Assembly (NCBI GenBank): GCA_963662655.2
Contig: CAXXTU010000002.1
Span: 2,880,001 to 2,944,000 of the forward strand
Direction of reading: 5' to 3'
Origin: Candidatus Cloacimonadales bacterium
Lineage (GTDB): Bacteria; Cloacimonadota; Cloacimonadia; Cloacimonadales; JAIOQZ01
Length of the DNA: 64,000 bases
The translations under genes and the position numbers were made by a program. Below the pieces are notes generated by a model, which worked only from the letters and a program-made list of their open reading frames with translations, was not told the origin of the DNA and searched no databases. Each line of letters begins with the position of its first letter. Position 1 is the first letter of the stretch. Of the stretch, positions 1 through 11,136 are shown piece by piece.

Positions 1-244
1 GGTGAAGGCGAACAGCCAGTTCATCAAGGCGATCCACAGGATCGATCCGGAATTCTACATCGAGATTTACCGAAGCTACAACAACACCCGTAATCCGGTG
101 TTCGTGGAAATACTCGCTGGCGCGATCGTCGATTACGATCAGATTATCGAGGAAGCGGTGGCAAACTGGGTGAAGAGTGGAAACGCTCGATTGAAGAAGG
201 CCGCGGTCGCTGCGGAAAAAATGCTGAGAAGAAAAAAGAAATGA
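1..244 (+). CDS. C-terminal part of a hypothetical alpha-helical (possibly HEAT-like) protein, probably truncated by the window edge
   Basis: Open frame from the window start to TGA at 242-244, directly upstream of greA on the same strand; no diagnostic motif. Confidence 0.55.
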   Translation, partial: VKANSQFIKAIHRIDPEFYIEIYRSYNNTRNPVFVEILAGAIVDYDQIIEEAVANWVKSGNARLKKAAVAAEKMLRRKKK

Positions 245-252
245 GATAGATT

Positions 253-726
253 ATGGCTGAATACATTACTGAAGAAGGAATGAAGAAACTTCGCCGACGC
301 ATGAGTCATTTATTGGAAGACGAGCGCCCGGAGGTGATTCGCCAGGTTCAAACAGCCCGTGAAATGGGCGATCTGAGCGAAAACGCCGAGTACCACGCCG
401 CCCGTGAGAGACAACGTCATATCGATAACGAGCTGGAACACCTGCGCAGACGCCTATCGGTTCTCCAGGTGATTAATCCCGACGACATCCCGAAAGACGC
501 CGTTCGCTTCGGCGCGTACGTGGACGTCGAGGAAAGCGAAACCGGGAAGCAAGTTCAGTATCGGCTGGTCGGCGTTGATGAAGTGGAAGATACCGGTAGC
601 GATCTGGTGCTGATTTCCGTCGCGTCTCCTATTGGAAGAGCGATGGTCGGCAAAAAGATAGGCGAAGATTTCATCGTCAAAGCGCCGGTTGGCGATCGTA
701 AAATGAAGATACTCGATATCAAATAA
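253..726 (+). CDS. greA: Transcription elongation factor GreA
   Basis: GDLSENAEYHAARE motif, VRFGA, ISVASPIGRAMVGKK; 157 aa. Confidence 0.96.
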   Translation: MAEYITEEGMKKLRRRMSHLLEDERPEVIRQVQTAREMGDLSENAEYHAARERQRHIDNELEHLRRRLSVLQVINPDDIPKDAVRFGAYVDVEESETGKQVQYRLVGVDEVEDTGSDLVLISVASPIGRAMVGKKIGEDFIVKAPVGDRKMKILDIK

Positions 727-737
727 AGGATGATAAC

Positions 738-2153
738 ATGAATAAAGAACAAGCGAAAAAACTTACGTACTCCAGAAAGAATTTCTGGGAAGACGCCGAC
801 AAAAAAGAGAAGCAGAGCGCTCTGGATTTCAACAGAGGCTACAAAGAATTCCTGAACTACTGCAAAACCACGCGCGAAACCGTGCTCTTCGCGGAAAACG
901 TGCTGCTCGAAAACGGCTTCAAGGATATCTATAACTCGAAATCCGCGAAGAAGGTCTTCGGCGTTTCCAAAGAGAAGAACATCATCGCGGTTCGCTTCGG
1001 CAAGAAGAAAGTCTCCGAAGGCTTGAATATTGTCGCGGCGCACGTGGATACCCCGCATATCGATCTGAAACAATGCCCGGTTTACGAAGACGGTCCTACC
1101 GGATTCGGAATGCTGCGCACGCATTATTATGGCGGAATCAAGAAATATCAGTGGGTCTCTACCCCGCTTGCGCTGCACGGCGTCGTGATCAAAGCGGACG
1201 GCGAGAAAGTTCGCATCTCCATCGGTGAAGATGATGGCGATCCGGTGTTCGTCATGCCGGACTTGCTCCCTCACCTGGCTCACAAAGAACAATACCCCAA
1301 GAAGCTTGACGATGCGGTTGACGCCTCCCGCCTGAACGTTGTGTTCAACACCATGCCGTTCATTTCGGACGACGAAGACGACGACGTGAAGGAAGCAGTG
1401 AAGCTGCAAGCGCTCATCATGCTGAACGAAAAATACGGAATCACCGAGGAAGACCTGATCTCGGCCGAGCTGGAGCTTGTGCCTTCCGGAAAGGCTCGCG
1501 ACTGCGGAATGGACGGAAGCATGGTTCTCGCTTACGGCCAGGACGATCGGGTTTGCTCCTACACGGCGCTTACGGCGCTGCTCGATTCTCCCAAACCGGA
1601 ACACACATCCGTCGTTTATCTGGTGGATAAAGAAGAGATCGGTAACGTGGGCAATACCGGCGCCGATTCGGTCTATCTACTCGACTTCATCTCGGATCTT
1701 CTGGCGTACAACGGTGAGAAAAACGATAGCGTTACGCTGCGTAAAACCCTCATCAACAGCCGGTTCCTCTCAGCGGATGTCAATGCCGCGATCAACCCGA
1801 ACTACCCCAATGTTCTCGAACACGACAACGCCGTGCATCTCGGTTTCGGCGTCGGCATCGCGAAGTATACCGGGTCCCGCGGAAAGGGCGGCACAAACGA
1901 CGCGAACGCGGAGTTTGTGGGCCAGGTAACGCGCCTGTTCAATCAGGAGAAGGTTTTCTGGCAAACGGGTGAACTCGGCAAGGTGGATGAAGGCGGCGGC
2001 GGAACCATCGCTCGCAAGCTTGCCGATTACGGCTCGGAAGTGATCGACTGCGGCCCCGGTGTCCTGGGAATGCACTCGTTATACGAACTGACCAGCAAAG
2101 CGGACGTCTATTCGACTTACCGCGCATATAAAGCATTTTTCGAGAAGGCGTAA
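738..2153 (+). CDS. apeA: M18 family aminopeptidase (aminopeptidase I / ApeA-like)
   Basis: AHVDTP, YYGGIKKYQW, QDDR, DKEEIG, SADV and GMHS metal-binding motifs; 471 aa. Confidence 0.88.
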   Translation: MNKEQAKKLTYSRKNFWEDADKKEKQSALDFNRGYKEFLNYCKTTRETVLFAENVLLENGFKDIYNSKSAKKVFGVSKEKNIIAVRFGKKKVSEGLNIVAAHVDTPHIDLKQCPVYEDGPTGFGMLRTHYYGGIKKYQWVSTPLALHGVVIKADGEKVRISIGEDDGDPVFVMPDLLPHLAHKEQYPKKLDDAVDASRLNVVFNTMPFISDDEDDDVKEAVKLQALIMLNEKYGITEEDLISAELELVPSGKARDCGMDGSMVLAYGQDDRVCSYTALTALLDSPKPEHTSVVYLVDKEEIGNVGNTGADSVYLLDFISDLLAYNGEKNDSVTLRKTLINSRFLSADVNAAINPNYPNVLEHDNAVHLGFGVGIAKYTGSRGKGGTNDANAEFVGQVTRLFNQEKVFWQTGELGKVDEGGGGTIARKLADYGSEVIDCGPGVLGMHSLYELTSKADVYSTYRAYKAFFEKA

Positions 2154-2154
2154 C

Positions 2155-2910
2155 GTGAAGATTCAATTGCTCGTCGCGTTGCTGGTTCTGGCGCTCTTCC
2201 TCGGGTGCTCCAACACGGCTGTCCTCGAAAAGCGGATTGCCGAGAACGAGAAGCGTCTCGAAAACCTCGGTATCGATGTTAGCGACAACACCATGAAGAT
2301 CAACAACATCGAGCCTTCGGAAGCCGGAACGGTACGAAATGCCGAACCTGAACCCGATAACGGGCAATTGAAACAACGCATCGAACGACTCGAGAGAGAC
2401 ATCGTCGATCTCAAGCGTGAATTACGGTCGATCCAATCGCGGGAAGCGGACACCTTTACCAGATTCGCTCAGCCGGAGGCGGTTGAGGATAAAAAGGCGG
2501 AGCCGAAGATCGAGAGAACGGTTGAACCAGCGCCGTCTCAAGTGGAAATTCAGTATCAGGCGGCACGCGAGCTTTACCTGAAACGTAAATACGATGCCGC
2601 CATCCTGAGTTTTCAAGAGCTGATCAGTCGCTACCCGACCAACGACCTTGCTGCCAACGCGCAGTACTGGATCGGCGAATGCTTCTACGATCGCGATTCC
2701 TTCGTGAAGGCGATCGACGAATTCCAGAAGGTGATCGATTTCTACCCGACCTCGAAGAAAGCGCCGGACGCGCAGCTCAAGGTTGGGCTTTGTTACCAGC
2801 AATTGGGCAAGGTCGAACAAGCGCGCTTGGAAATCCAGCGCATCGGCAAGATGTATCCCAATTACGAACGCAAAGAGCTGATCGAAAAGATTCTGAAGGA
2901 TATGCAATGA
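2155..2910 (+). CDS. cpoB: Tol-Pal associated TPR lipoprotein CpoB/YbgF
   Basis: Lipobox LFLGC, coiled coil, TPRs with YPTNDLAANAQYWIGECFY and YPTSKKAPDAQLKVG. Confidence 0.85.
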   Translation: MKIQLLVALLVLALFLGCSNTAVLEKRIAENEKRLENLGIDVSDNTMKINNIEPSEAGTVRNAEPEPDNGQLKQRIERLERDIVDLKRELRSIQSREADTFTRFAQPEAVEDKKAEPKIERTVEPAPSQVEIQYQAARELYLKRKYDAAILSFQELISRYPTNDLAANAQYWIGECFYDRDSFVKAIDEFQKVIDFYPTSKKAPDAQLKVGLCYQQLGKVEQARLEIQRIGKMYPNYERKELIEKILKDMQ

Positions 2911-3419
2911 GAATTCTGAGCTTCCTCGCTGTGTTTCTGCTGCTGATTTCGCCACTTTTTGGTGAAAACGAGGTTCTATCTCCGGTAACGGATCAGGACG
3001 ACGCGGATATGATCGCATTGCGCCTGATCGAAGTGCTGGATATCGATATTCCGCAGCAGCGTCAGCTCTCATTGCAGATCGATGCCGGCCCATACACGGA
3101 CGCGCTCTACACGAAGCTCACGGAGTATTTCTTACAATCGGACGTGCAGGTATTGAACCGCGCTATGCCGGAATGCCTCGTGCTCCGGGTAATGTTCACG
3201 GGAATCGAGTTCCCCGGGGGGCGCGACGTTGACGTCGCGGGATTCACGCTGGAGCTCTCCGAAAACGACACCAGCCGGATACTGGATATCCAGTCGATCA
3301 AGCTTGATGTGGCGAAGTCGGAGAATTCGGATGACTCCACGATGCACTGGTACGATCCGGTTATCATCACCTCGATCGTGGGTGGATTGTTGTATATATT
3401 CTATTACGGAAATCAATAA
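2907..3419 (+). CDS. Hypothetical exported protein with C-terminal transmembrane anchor
   Basis: ATG at 2907 overlaps the cpoB stop (ATGA); signal peptide MRILSFLAVFLLLISPLFG; C-terminal hydrophobic WYDPVIITSIVGGLLYIFYY. Confidence 0.7.
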   Translation: MRILSFLAVFLLLISPLFGENEVLSPVTDQDDADMIALRLIEVLDIDIPQQRQLSLQIDAGPYTDALYTKLTEYFLQSDVQVLNRAMPECLVLRVMFTGIEFPGGRDVDVAGFTLELSENDTSRILDIQSIKLDVAKSENSDDSTMHWYDPVIITSIVGGLLYIFYYGNQ

Positions 3420-3427
3420 GGAATGTT

Positions 3428-4174
3428 ATGGTAAAGTATCTGTCAATACTACTGGTTGCAGCCACGATACTGGCCGGTTGCAGCAATGCCGATAAAATCG
3501 CAAGGATGCCTGTCGAAGAAAAGATGCGCATCGGTAACGAAGAATACGCCGACGAAGATTGGGACGACGCGATCGATTATTTCAAGTCCGTCGTCTTCGA
3601 GAGAAACGCGGCATTCACACCGGAAGCTCAGCTCAAGCTCGCCAATTGCTATTTCTTCCAGAAGGAATACACCGACGCGCGTTTCGAGTACGAAGAGCTG
3701 ATTCGGCTGTTCCCGGATTACAGAAATCTGGAAGACGCGTTCTTCAATATCGGAATATGCTATTACGAGGAATCGTTGCCTCCGCAATACACCCAGGAAG
3801 AGACCGACAGCGCGATCGAAGCGTTCGAGATTTTCCTGGAGAAATACCCGTTCAGCGAGCGACGCCAGGAAGCGATCGACTATATCGAGAAATGCGGCGA
3901 GAAGCTCTGGATCAAGACCTACTACAACGGATACATCTACTTCATGATGTACGATTACAGCGCAGCGCTCATGTATCTTGACGAGGTTACAGACGCCGCC
4001 CGGTTCGATAAATACGACCGGAAAGCCTGGTACTACAAGGCCCGTATCTATCTCAAGCGTGAAGACAAGCTGAACGCGAAGATTACCGTAGATAAACTCG
4101 TGAAACGCTATCCTGATTCATCTGAAGCCAGGAGGATGAAAGAAAAGCTGGATATACTTCTGGCAAAAGACTAA
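3428..4174 (+). CDS. bamD: Outer membrane protein assembly factor BamD (TPR lipoprotein)
   Basis: Lipobox LAGC, TPRs, QEETDSAIEAFEIFLEKYPFS pattern typical of BamD/YfiO. Confidence 0.88.
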   Translation: MVKYLSILLVAATILAGCSNADKIARMPVEEKMRIGNEEYADEDWDDAIDYFKSVVFERNAAFTPEAQLKLANCYFFQKEYTDARFEYEELIRLFPDYRNLEDAFFNIGICYYEESLPPQYTQEETDSAIEAFEIFLEKYPFSERRQEAIDYIEKCGEKLWIKTYYNGYIYFMMYDYSAALMYLDEVTDAARFDKYDRKAWYYKARIYLKREDKLNAKITVDKLVKRYPDSSEARRMKEKLDILLAKD

Positions 4175-4197
4175 CACAAACGATTGTCGGGTATGAG

Positions 4198-4797
4198 ATG
4201 ATGCTTCAAGCCGGAAAACACGAACGGGTGAAACTTGGTTTTCTCGGAGGAACGTTCAACCCGATTCACAACGGTCATATCGCTGCGGCACTGAACGCAA
4301 TCGAATGCCTGGGGCTTTCGAAGGTGATTATGCTGCCAAATAGCACGCCCCCCCACAAGGGTGACGACGAGCTGCTGCCCTTCGCCGTTCGCTATCGCCT
4401 GATCGAAGAATCCATCCGCGAATACCCGCAATTGGAGGTCAGCGATCTCGATAACACGCATTCGGACAAGAGTTACACCTATCACCTTCTTCAACGGCTG
4501 AAAGAAAGCTATCCCGCGGCCGATTTCTTCTTCATCATCGGTACCGACAACATCCGGAAATTGAAGACGTGGTACCGCTACGAAGAACTTCTCCGGGAGA
4601 TTACCTTCGCCGTGGTTACGCGCAACACGAATGACGACAATCTTGAAGACAAACCGGACTATTACGACAGGATGGTGTTTCTTCCCATGCAGCCTGTGGA
4701 CATCTCGTCGACGGATATCCGTAACCTGATACGAAAAGGTAAAGACATCACCGGTTTCGTGCCGGGGGCGGTCGCGAAGTACTTTGATAAATCATGA
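4198..4797 (+). CDS. nadD: Nicotinate-nucleotide adenylyltransferase
   Basis: GGTFNPIHNGH, PPHK, SYT, FIIGTD, ISSTDIR. Confidence 0.95.
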   Translation: MMLQAGKHERVKLGFLGGTFNPIHNGHIAAALNAIECLGLSKVIMLPNSTPPHKGDDELLPFAVRYRLIEESIREYPQLEVSDLDNTHSDKSYTYHLLQRLKESYPAADFFFIIGTDNIRKLKTWYRYEELLREITFAVVTRNTNDDNLEDKPDYYDRMVFLPMQPVDISSTDIRNLIRKGKDITGFVPGAVAKYFDKS

Positions 4798-5861
4798 ACA
4801 AGAAAAGAGATAAGAAAAAGTTTACACGACAGAACATCCGACTGCGGAACCTGGCAGCGGACGACCTCGACGCGTTTTACGTGGAGGATATCCACGAAGA
4901 AAAGCGCGCCAGCAAGAAGGAGGTCGAGCGAGCCCACAAGACGCTAAAGTCGGATATTGAGCTCGCAAGGGGGAGAGTCCTCGAGGTGCTTTCCAACCAC
5001 ATGGCGATGGTTGAGCTTGATGGAGTAAGTCAGCAGTGCATCATCGGCGGAAGGTTGAAGAACTTGAACTTCGAAACCCGCAGTCTGTTGTTTGCCGGCG
5101 ACTGGGTGAGCGTGGATCGATCCATGGAAGAGCCCCGCATCGAGGAGATTCTTCCGCGAGAGAATTCGCTTTCCCGTTTCTCGGAGGACGGCTTCCAGAA
5201 GGAGATCGTCGTTGCCGCGAATATCGATCAGGTGGTTGTAACTTGCTCGTGGGCTCAACCGGAGCTGCGATTGGGTCTCCTGGACCGATACCTTTGCAGC
5301 GCGGAGATATCGGAAATCGAGCCGGTGATCTGCGTGAACAAAATTGATCTGGCCGAGTCGGAAGACGAGGCCAGGGAGGCGTTCGCGTATTATGAGCAGA
5401 GTGGGTACCCCGTGTTCTACACCTCCGTGAAAGAGGGCATCGGAATCGAAGCGCTTCGCAAGCGGATGATCGGTAAGCAGACGGTGTTTTCCGGCCACTC
5501 GGGTGTGGGGAAGACGTCGCTGATCAACAGCCTGCACCCCACATACAGCGCGGAGGTATCTCATATCAGCGAATCGACGGGCAAGGGACGGCACACGACC
5601 ACCCGAACATGCCTGATACCGTTCGAATTCGGGGGATATCTCGTGGATACGCCCGGAATTAAAACGTTTGGCTTGCACCGGAGCGATCAGGAAGAACTGC
5701 CCCGCGTGTTCCCGGGATTCACCCGGTACGCTGCGGGATGCAGATTCAACGATTGCACGCATACGCACGAGACCCAGTGCGGCGTTCTCGATGCGCTTGA
5801 ACGCGGCGAAATCCCGCGTGAAAGGTACGAATCTTACCTAAGGATTATGGAATCGCTATGA
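4794..5861 (+). CDS. rsgA: Ribosome small subunit-dependent GTPase A
   Basis: Circularly permuted GTPase (NKID, GHSGVGKT, GRHTT, DTPG) with CRFNDCTHTHETQC zinc finger. Confidence 0.96.
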   Translation: MNKKRDKKKFTRQNIRLRNLAADDLDAFYVEDIHEEKRASKKEVERAHKTLKSDIELARGRVLEVLSNHMAMVELDGVSQQCIIGGRLKNLNFETRSLLFAGDWVSVDRSMEEPRIEEILPRENSLSRFSEDGFQKEIVVAANIDQVVVTCSWAQPELRLGLLDRYLCSAEISEIEPVICVNKIDLAESEDEAREAFAYYEQSGYPVFYTSVKEGIGIEALRKRMIGKQTVFSGHSGVGKTSLINSLHPTYSAEVSHISESTGKGRHTTTRTCLIPFEFGGYLVDTPGIKTFGLHRSDQEELPRVFPGFTRYAAGCRFNDCTHTHETQCGVLDALERGEIPRERYESYLRIMESL

Positions 5862-6721
5862 CAAAACGTGTTGGTGTCTTTATTAATCCGTTCTATCCCA
5901 GGCCAGCGCTCATCACCGACGAGCTGAGGAGCCTGATCGATAAAATACCCATAGAGCTTTACGGCTCCATCGAGCAAAAAGATATTCTGCCTGATTTCAT
6001 TCCGGCCCTCACCGACGAGCAGGCAAAACAGAAGAACCTCGACTGGATTTTCGTTTTTGGTGGGGATGGAACGATCCTGCGTTCCGTGAAGTTCTCGTTG
6101 GCCACCGATACCCCAATTCTGGGCGTGAATTTAGGTCGACTGGGCTTCCTCTCCGATGTCTCGCTCGAGGAGCTATCCAAATCGGTGCGCAAGCTGTTCG
6201 ACGGGAAATATACCATCCAGGAGCGCATGATGCTCCGCGCGAATGTGCGCAGAGGTGGAGTCTGTATCTACAGCGATTGGGCGCTCAATGACATCGTCGT
6301 CCACAAGGGGCGCATCCCCACGTTGATTGAAATCCGCCTCAGCGTGAATCGCCGGTTTGTCCTTGAAGCTCGCTGCGACGGCATGATTGCCAGCAGCCCC
6401 ACGGGCTCTACGGCGTATTCGATTTCGGCCGGCGGACCCATTCTCTCGCCCGTGATGGAAGCGATCATCGTTTCCCCGCTCAATCCGCACATCCTCTCGG
6501 TCCGACCCATGCTCTTCGGTCCCGAAGATACCGTAGGATTCCGCCTGACCCGTACGCACGGGGTGGCAACGCTCCAACTGGACGGACGCAACGTGCTGGA
6601 AGTGCAGGATCGCGATGATATCCTCATCAGCAGAGCGGCCAAGAAAGTGCGGTTCGTGAAGCTCTCAAACAAGACTTTTTATCAGATTCTTCGTAAAAAA
6701 ATGCACATGGGTAGAGTATGA
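5858..6721 (+). CDS. nadK: NAD(+) kinase
   Basis: GGDGTIL, GVNLGRLGFL, ALND, SPTGSTAYSISAGGP. Confidence 0.96.
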   Translation: MTKRVGVFINPFYPRPALITDELRSLIDKIPIELYGSIEQKDILPDFIPALTDEQAKQKNLDWIFVFGGDGTILRSVKFSLATDTPILGVNLGRLGFLSDVSLEELSKSVRKLFDGKYTIQERMMLRANVRRGGVCIYSDWALNDIVVHKGRIPTLIEIRLSVNRRFVLEARCDGMIASSPTGSTAYSISAGGPILSPVMEAIIVSPLNPHILSVRPMLFGPEDTVGFRLTRTHGVATLQLDGRNVLEVQDRDDILISRAAKKVRFVKLSNKTFYQILRKKMHMGRV

Positions 6722-8412
6722 TTACCTCACTGAGAATCAAGAATTTCATTCTGGTTCGCGATCTCCATCTCGAGTTCGAAGAAGGACTTCACGTCCTCAC
6801 CGGCGAAACCGGAGCCGGTAAATCGGTGATTGCAGGAGCTATCGGAGTTATCATGGGAGCGCCCATCCGTGCGGAGATGCTCTTCGATCCGAAGAAACCG
6901 GCGATGCTCGAAGCGGCCTTCAAGCCCGATACCGACGATCTCGAACTGAAATCGTTGATGCAGAAGCACGATGTCGAGCTCTCGGACGGCGAAATATTCT
7001 TCAGCAAGGAGATTTCCGCCAACCGGACCGGTAAGAGCTTCATCAACGGAAGGCGTGTAACTGCATCCATTATTCGGGATTTTCGCGGCTGCCTCATCGA
7101 CTACAGTCGCCAGAGCGATCAATCGCTTCTCTTCGACGTAAAGCACCAGCTCGATGTGCTGGATCGTTACGGGGAGTTGGTGCCGGTACGCGATGCGTAC
7201 CTGAGAGTCTACAACGATACACTCGCGCTTCGCAGGACGCTCCGGCGGATGCTGGAGGAGGAAGCGGCGCAACGAGAAAGGATATCTCTTTACAAGTACC
7301 AACTCGAGGAGCTGCAAGCGCTCGATCTGGAGCGGGGAGAGGATGAGCGACTTCAGGCGGAGCTCAATCTGCTTACACACGCTGAGGACATCCAGCGGAT
7401 CGCGGACGAGATCGAGCAGGAAATGTTCGAGTCGGAAAACTCCGTTTTCGACAAGGTGCAGACCTACCTCAAGTCGCTTTCACAGTACGAGGATGACAAC
7501 AAGGGAATCGAGAACGCCGCCATCGCGCTGCGGGATGCGCTGGCAAATCTTGATGCGGCGGTCGGAGAGATGCGCGAGGTTCGGGAATCCCTGGATACGG
7601 ATCAAAAACGCCTCGAGGAAGTCGAAGAGCGCATCAACCAGATTAATCTCATTAAGCAGAAATATCACTGTGATCTGGATGGTATTTTCGATTATCGGGA
7701 GAAGATCGGCAACGAGATCGAAAGCTATTCTTCGCACACGGCTGAGATCGAGAAGGTTGGGAAGAATCTGCGTGATTCCGAGAACGCGCTCGCGAAACAA
7801 GCGCTGGAGCTCTCGAAGAAGAGAAAAGCCTGCGCGAAGTCGTTCAGCAAACAGCTCGCGTCCGATCTCAAGCGTCTCGCCATTCCCGAAGCCTCCTTCG
7901 ATATCGAGTTTATCGAGAAGAAAGAAGGGGCGGATGATCGCTACTCGAATACGGGTGTCGATCAGGTGGAATTCCTCTTCTCGGCGAACCGCGGCGTAAA
8001 GGTGAATCCCCTGCGACAGGTGGCCTCGGGCGGCGAGCTCTCACGCGTTCATCTCACGATCATGAAAATACTTGCGGAAAAGGATACCGGCAAGACCATC
8101 ATCTTCGACGAGGTCGATACGGGTATCGGAGGAAAGACGGGTGATGTGCTGGGAGAGTACATCCGGGATATCAGCGATTTTCATCAAATAATTTGCATTA
8201 CGCACCTTCCGCAGATCGCCTCCTACGCAAAAAACCACCTGGCAATAGAAAAAGTTATTGACTCTGAACATACCGAGATTGAAATAAGAAATTTAGACAA
8301 CGATGGCAGTGTAAGGGAGATTGCGCGCATGTTGTCTGGGGGTGAGAGTTCTCTCGCACTTGAACACGCAAAGGAATTACTAATGAAAAATAAGAGAGGA
8401 AAGAATGATTAG
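6718..8412 (+). CDS. recN: DNA repair protein RecN
   Basis: LTGETGAGKS, coiled coil, VASGGELSR, IFDEVDTGIGG, ITHLPQIA; follows nadK as in many genomes. Confidence 0.96.
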   Translation: MITSLRIKNFILVRDLHLEFEEGLHVLTGETGAGKSVIAGAIGVIMGAPIRAEMLFDPKKPAMLEAAFKPDTDDLELKSLMQKHDVELSDGEIFFSKEISANRTGKSFINGRRVTASIIRDFRGCLIDYSRQSDQSLLFDVKHQLDVLDRYGELVPVRDAYLRVYNDTLALRRTLRRMLEEEAAQRERISLYKYQLEELQALDLERGEDERLQAELNLLTHAEDIQRIADEIEQEMFESENSVFDKVQTYLKSLSQYEDDNKGIENAAIALRDALANLDAAVGEMREVRESLDTDQKRLEEVEERINQINLIKQKYHCDLDGIFDYREKIGNEIESYSSHTAEIEKVGKNLRDSENALAKQALELSKKRKACAKSFSKQLASDLKRLAIPEASFDIEFIEKKEGADDRYSNTGVDQVEFLFSANRGVKVNPLRQVASGGELSRVHLTIMKILAEKDTGKTIIFDEVDTGIGGKTGDVLGEYIRDISDFHQIICITHLPQIASYAKNHLAIEKVIDSEHTEIEIRNLDNDGSVREIARMLSGGESSLALEHAKELLMKNKRGKND

Positions 8413-9328
8413 TTTAAGGCGAAAATACAAAATGTATATCGTTATCGGTATCGTTTTACTTTCCATTTTTATCGCACTGAGATTTTCAAACATAATGGAA
8501 GTTTTTGGAAAGAAACCCGTGACGAACCTCGATAAGGCCAAGCCTTCCAAAGAGTTCGAAGAGATGGAAAATTTCCGGAAAGTCCAGATATCGTATACGG
8601 TTAAAGATTACAGCGCCTTCATGAGTGAAATCAGCCAGCTGTACAGCGATTACGCGATCGACGAACTCGATTCGGAAAGAAAAGGCAATTATCACCTTTT
8701 CATCATCAATTTCCCGGATTCTGTGGCCACTGAAATTGTGGCAAAGCTTCGCGCGATACCTGGCAGCCAGGATGTTCAGATCGAAACGCGCCAGGTTCCA
8801 CCGCCACTCAATATCGAAGATCATAAGACAAACCTCGAGTTTACAAAGGAACGGTATCAACGTAGTATGGAAGTTACCGCAACCGCGGACAATCTCTCGC
8901 GCTTGCAATCCCAGATGGGGCGCGTACAGGCTTCTATCGATAGTTTGAATCTTGTTGAAGAACGCTACAAACACAACAAAGAAACGTCCGCGGCGCTCGT
9001 GAAGGTCTCGATCATCGCTTCAGCGGGTATGTCCGTGGCACAGAAGGTACTTTCATTCGTAAAGAACTTCGTTCTCGCGTTCCTGTTCCTTACGGTTCTG
9101 TTCTTCCTCATCTACTTCGGTCTCTCGATCATGCTCCGGCTCATGTCGTACTTCGGAATTCACACATCGCGTTCGTCCGGCTCTGGTGGCTATAATTACT
9201 ATAGCAAGAAAGGTTACGGAAGTTATGGCGGTTACGGCGGCTATGGCGGTTATGGATCGTATGGAAGACGCCGCAAGGTGAAGAGAGTCTACAAAAACAA
9301 AGACGAAGATTCGAAGGACAAGGAATAG
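8405..9328 (+). CDS. Hypothetical membrane protein (DUF4349-like) with Gly/Tyr-rich cytoplasmic tail
   Basis: N-terminal hydrophobic segment, coiled coil, C-terminal TM helix, then GYGSYGGYGGYGGYGSYG and a basic tail. Confidence 0.65.
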   Translation: MISLRRKYKMYIVIGIVLLSIFIALRFSNIMEVFGKKPVTNLDKAKPSKEFEEMENFRKVQISYTVKDYSAFMSEISQLYSDYAIDELDSERKGNYHLFIINFPDSVATEIVAKLRAIPGSQDVQIETRQVPPPLNIEDHKTNLEFTKERYQRSMEVTATADNLSRLQSQMGRVQASIDSLNLVEERYKHNKETSAALVKVSIIASAGMSVAQKVLSFVKNFVLAFLFLTVLFFLIYFGLSIMLRLMSYFGIHTSRSSGSGGYNYYSKKGYGSYGGYGGYGGYGSYGRRRKVKRVYKNKDEDSKDKE

Positions 9329-9330
9329 AA

Positions 9331-10882
<1,552 letters not shown>

Positions 10883-10933
10883 AATATCATAATAAGCATT
10901 TAGCGTTTCGTTCGATATCGGACAGAGCGCGGT

Positions 10934-10984
10934 AAACAGCTCTCGATATTCGCCTTGTGCGAACCTGAACTCGAGAGCTGTTTT
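10934..10984 (+). terminator. Stem-loop downstream of eno (possible terminator)
   Basis: AAACAGCTCTCGA ... TCGAGAGCTGTTT 13-bp inverted repeat with inner TTCGC/GCGAA, ending in a short T-run. Confidence 0.45.
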
Positions 10985-11136
10985 ATTATGAGCCTTGCTC
11001 CTTCTGATTGCAATTCAGGATTGTCTGGCAGGGTTTGTGCATCTATATTATGATAGGAGATTCTGTAAAAGCTGGTGCTGTGAATATCTTGGTTGACAGG
11101 GAATCGCGTCGCTAGGATATTATAATCCGATGGAGA

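Noticed and set aside
11093..11126. TTGACA...TATAAT sigma70-like promoter before the response regulator
   Set aside because: Spacing is 22 nt rather than about 17, so it cannot be called confidently.
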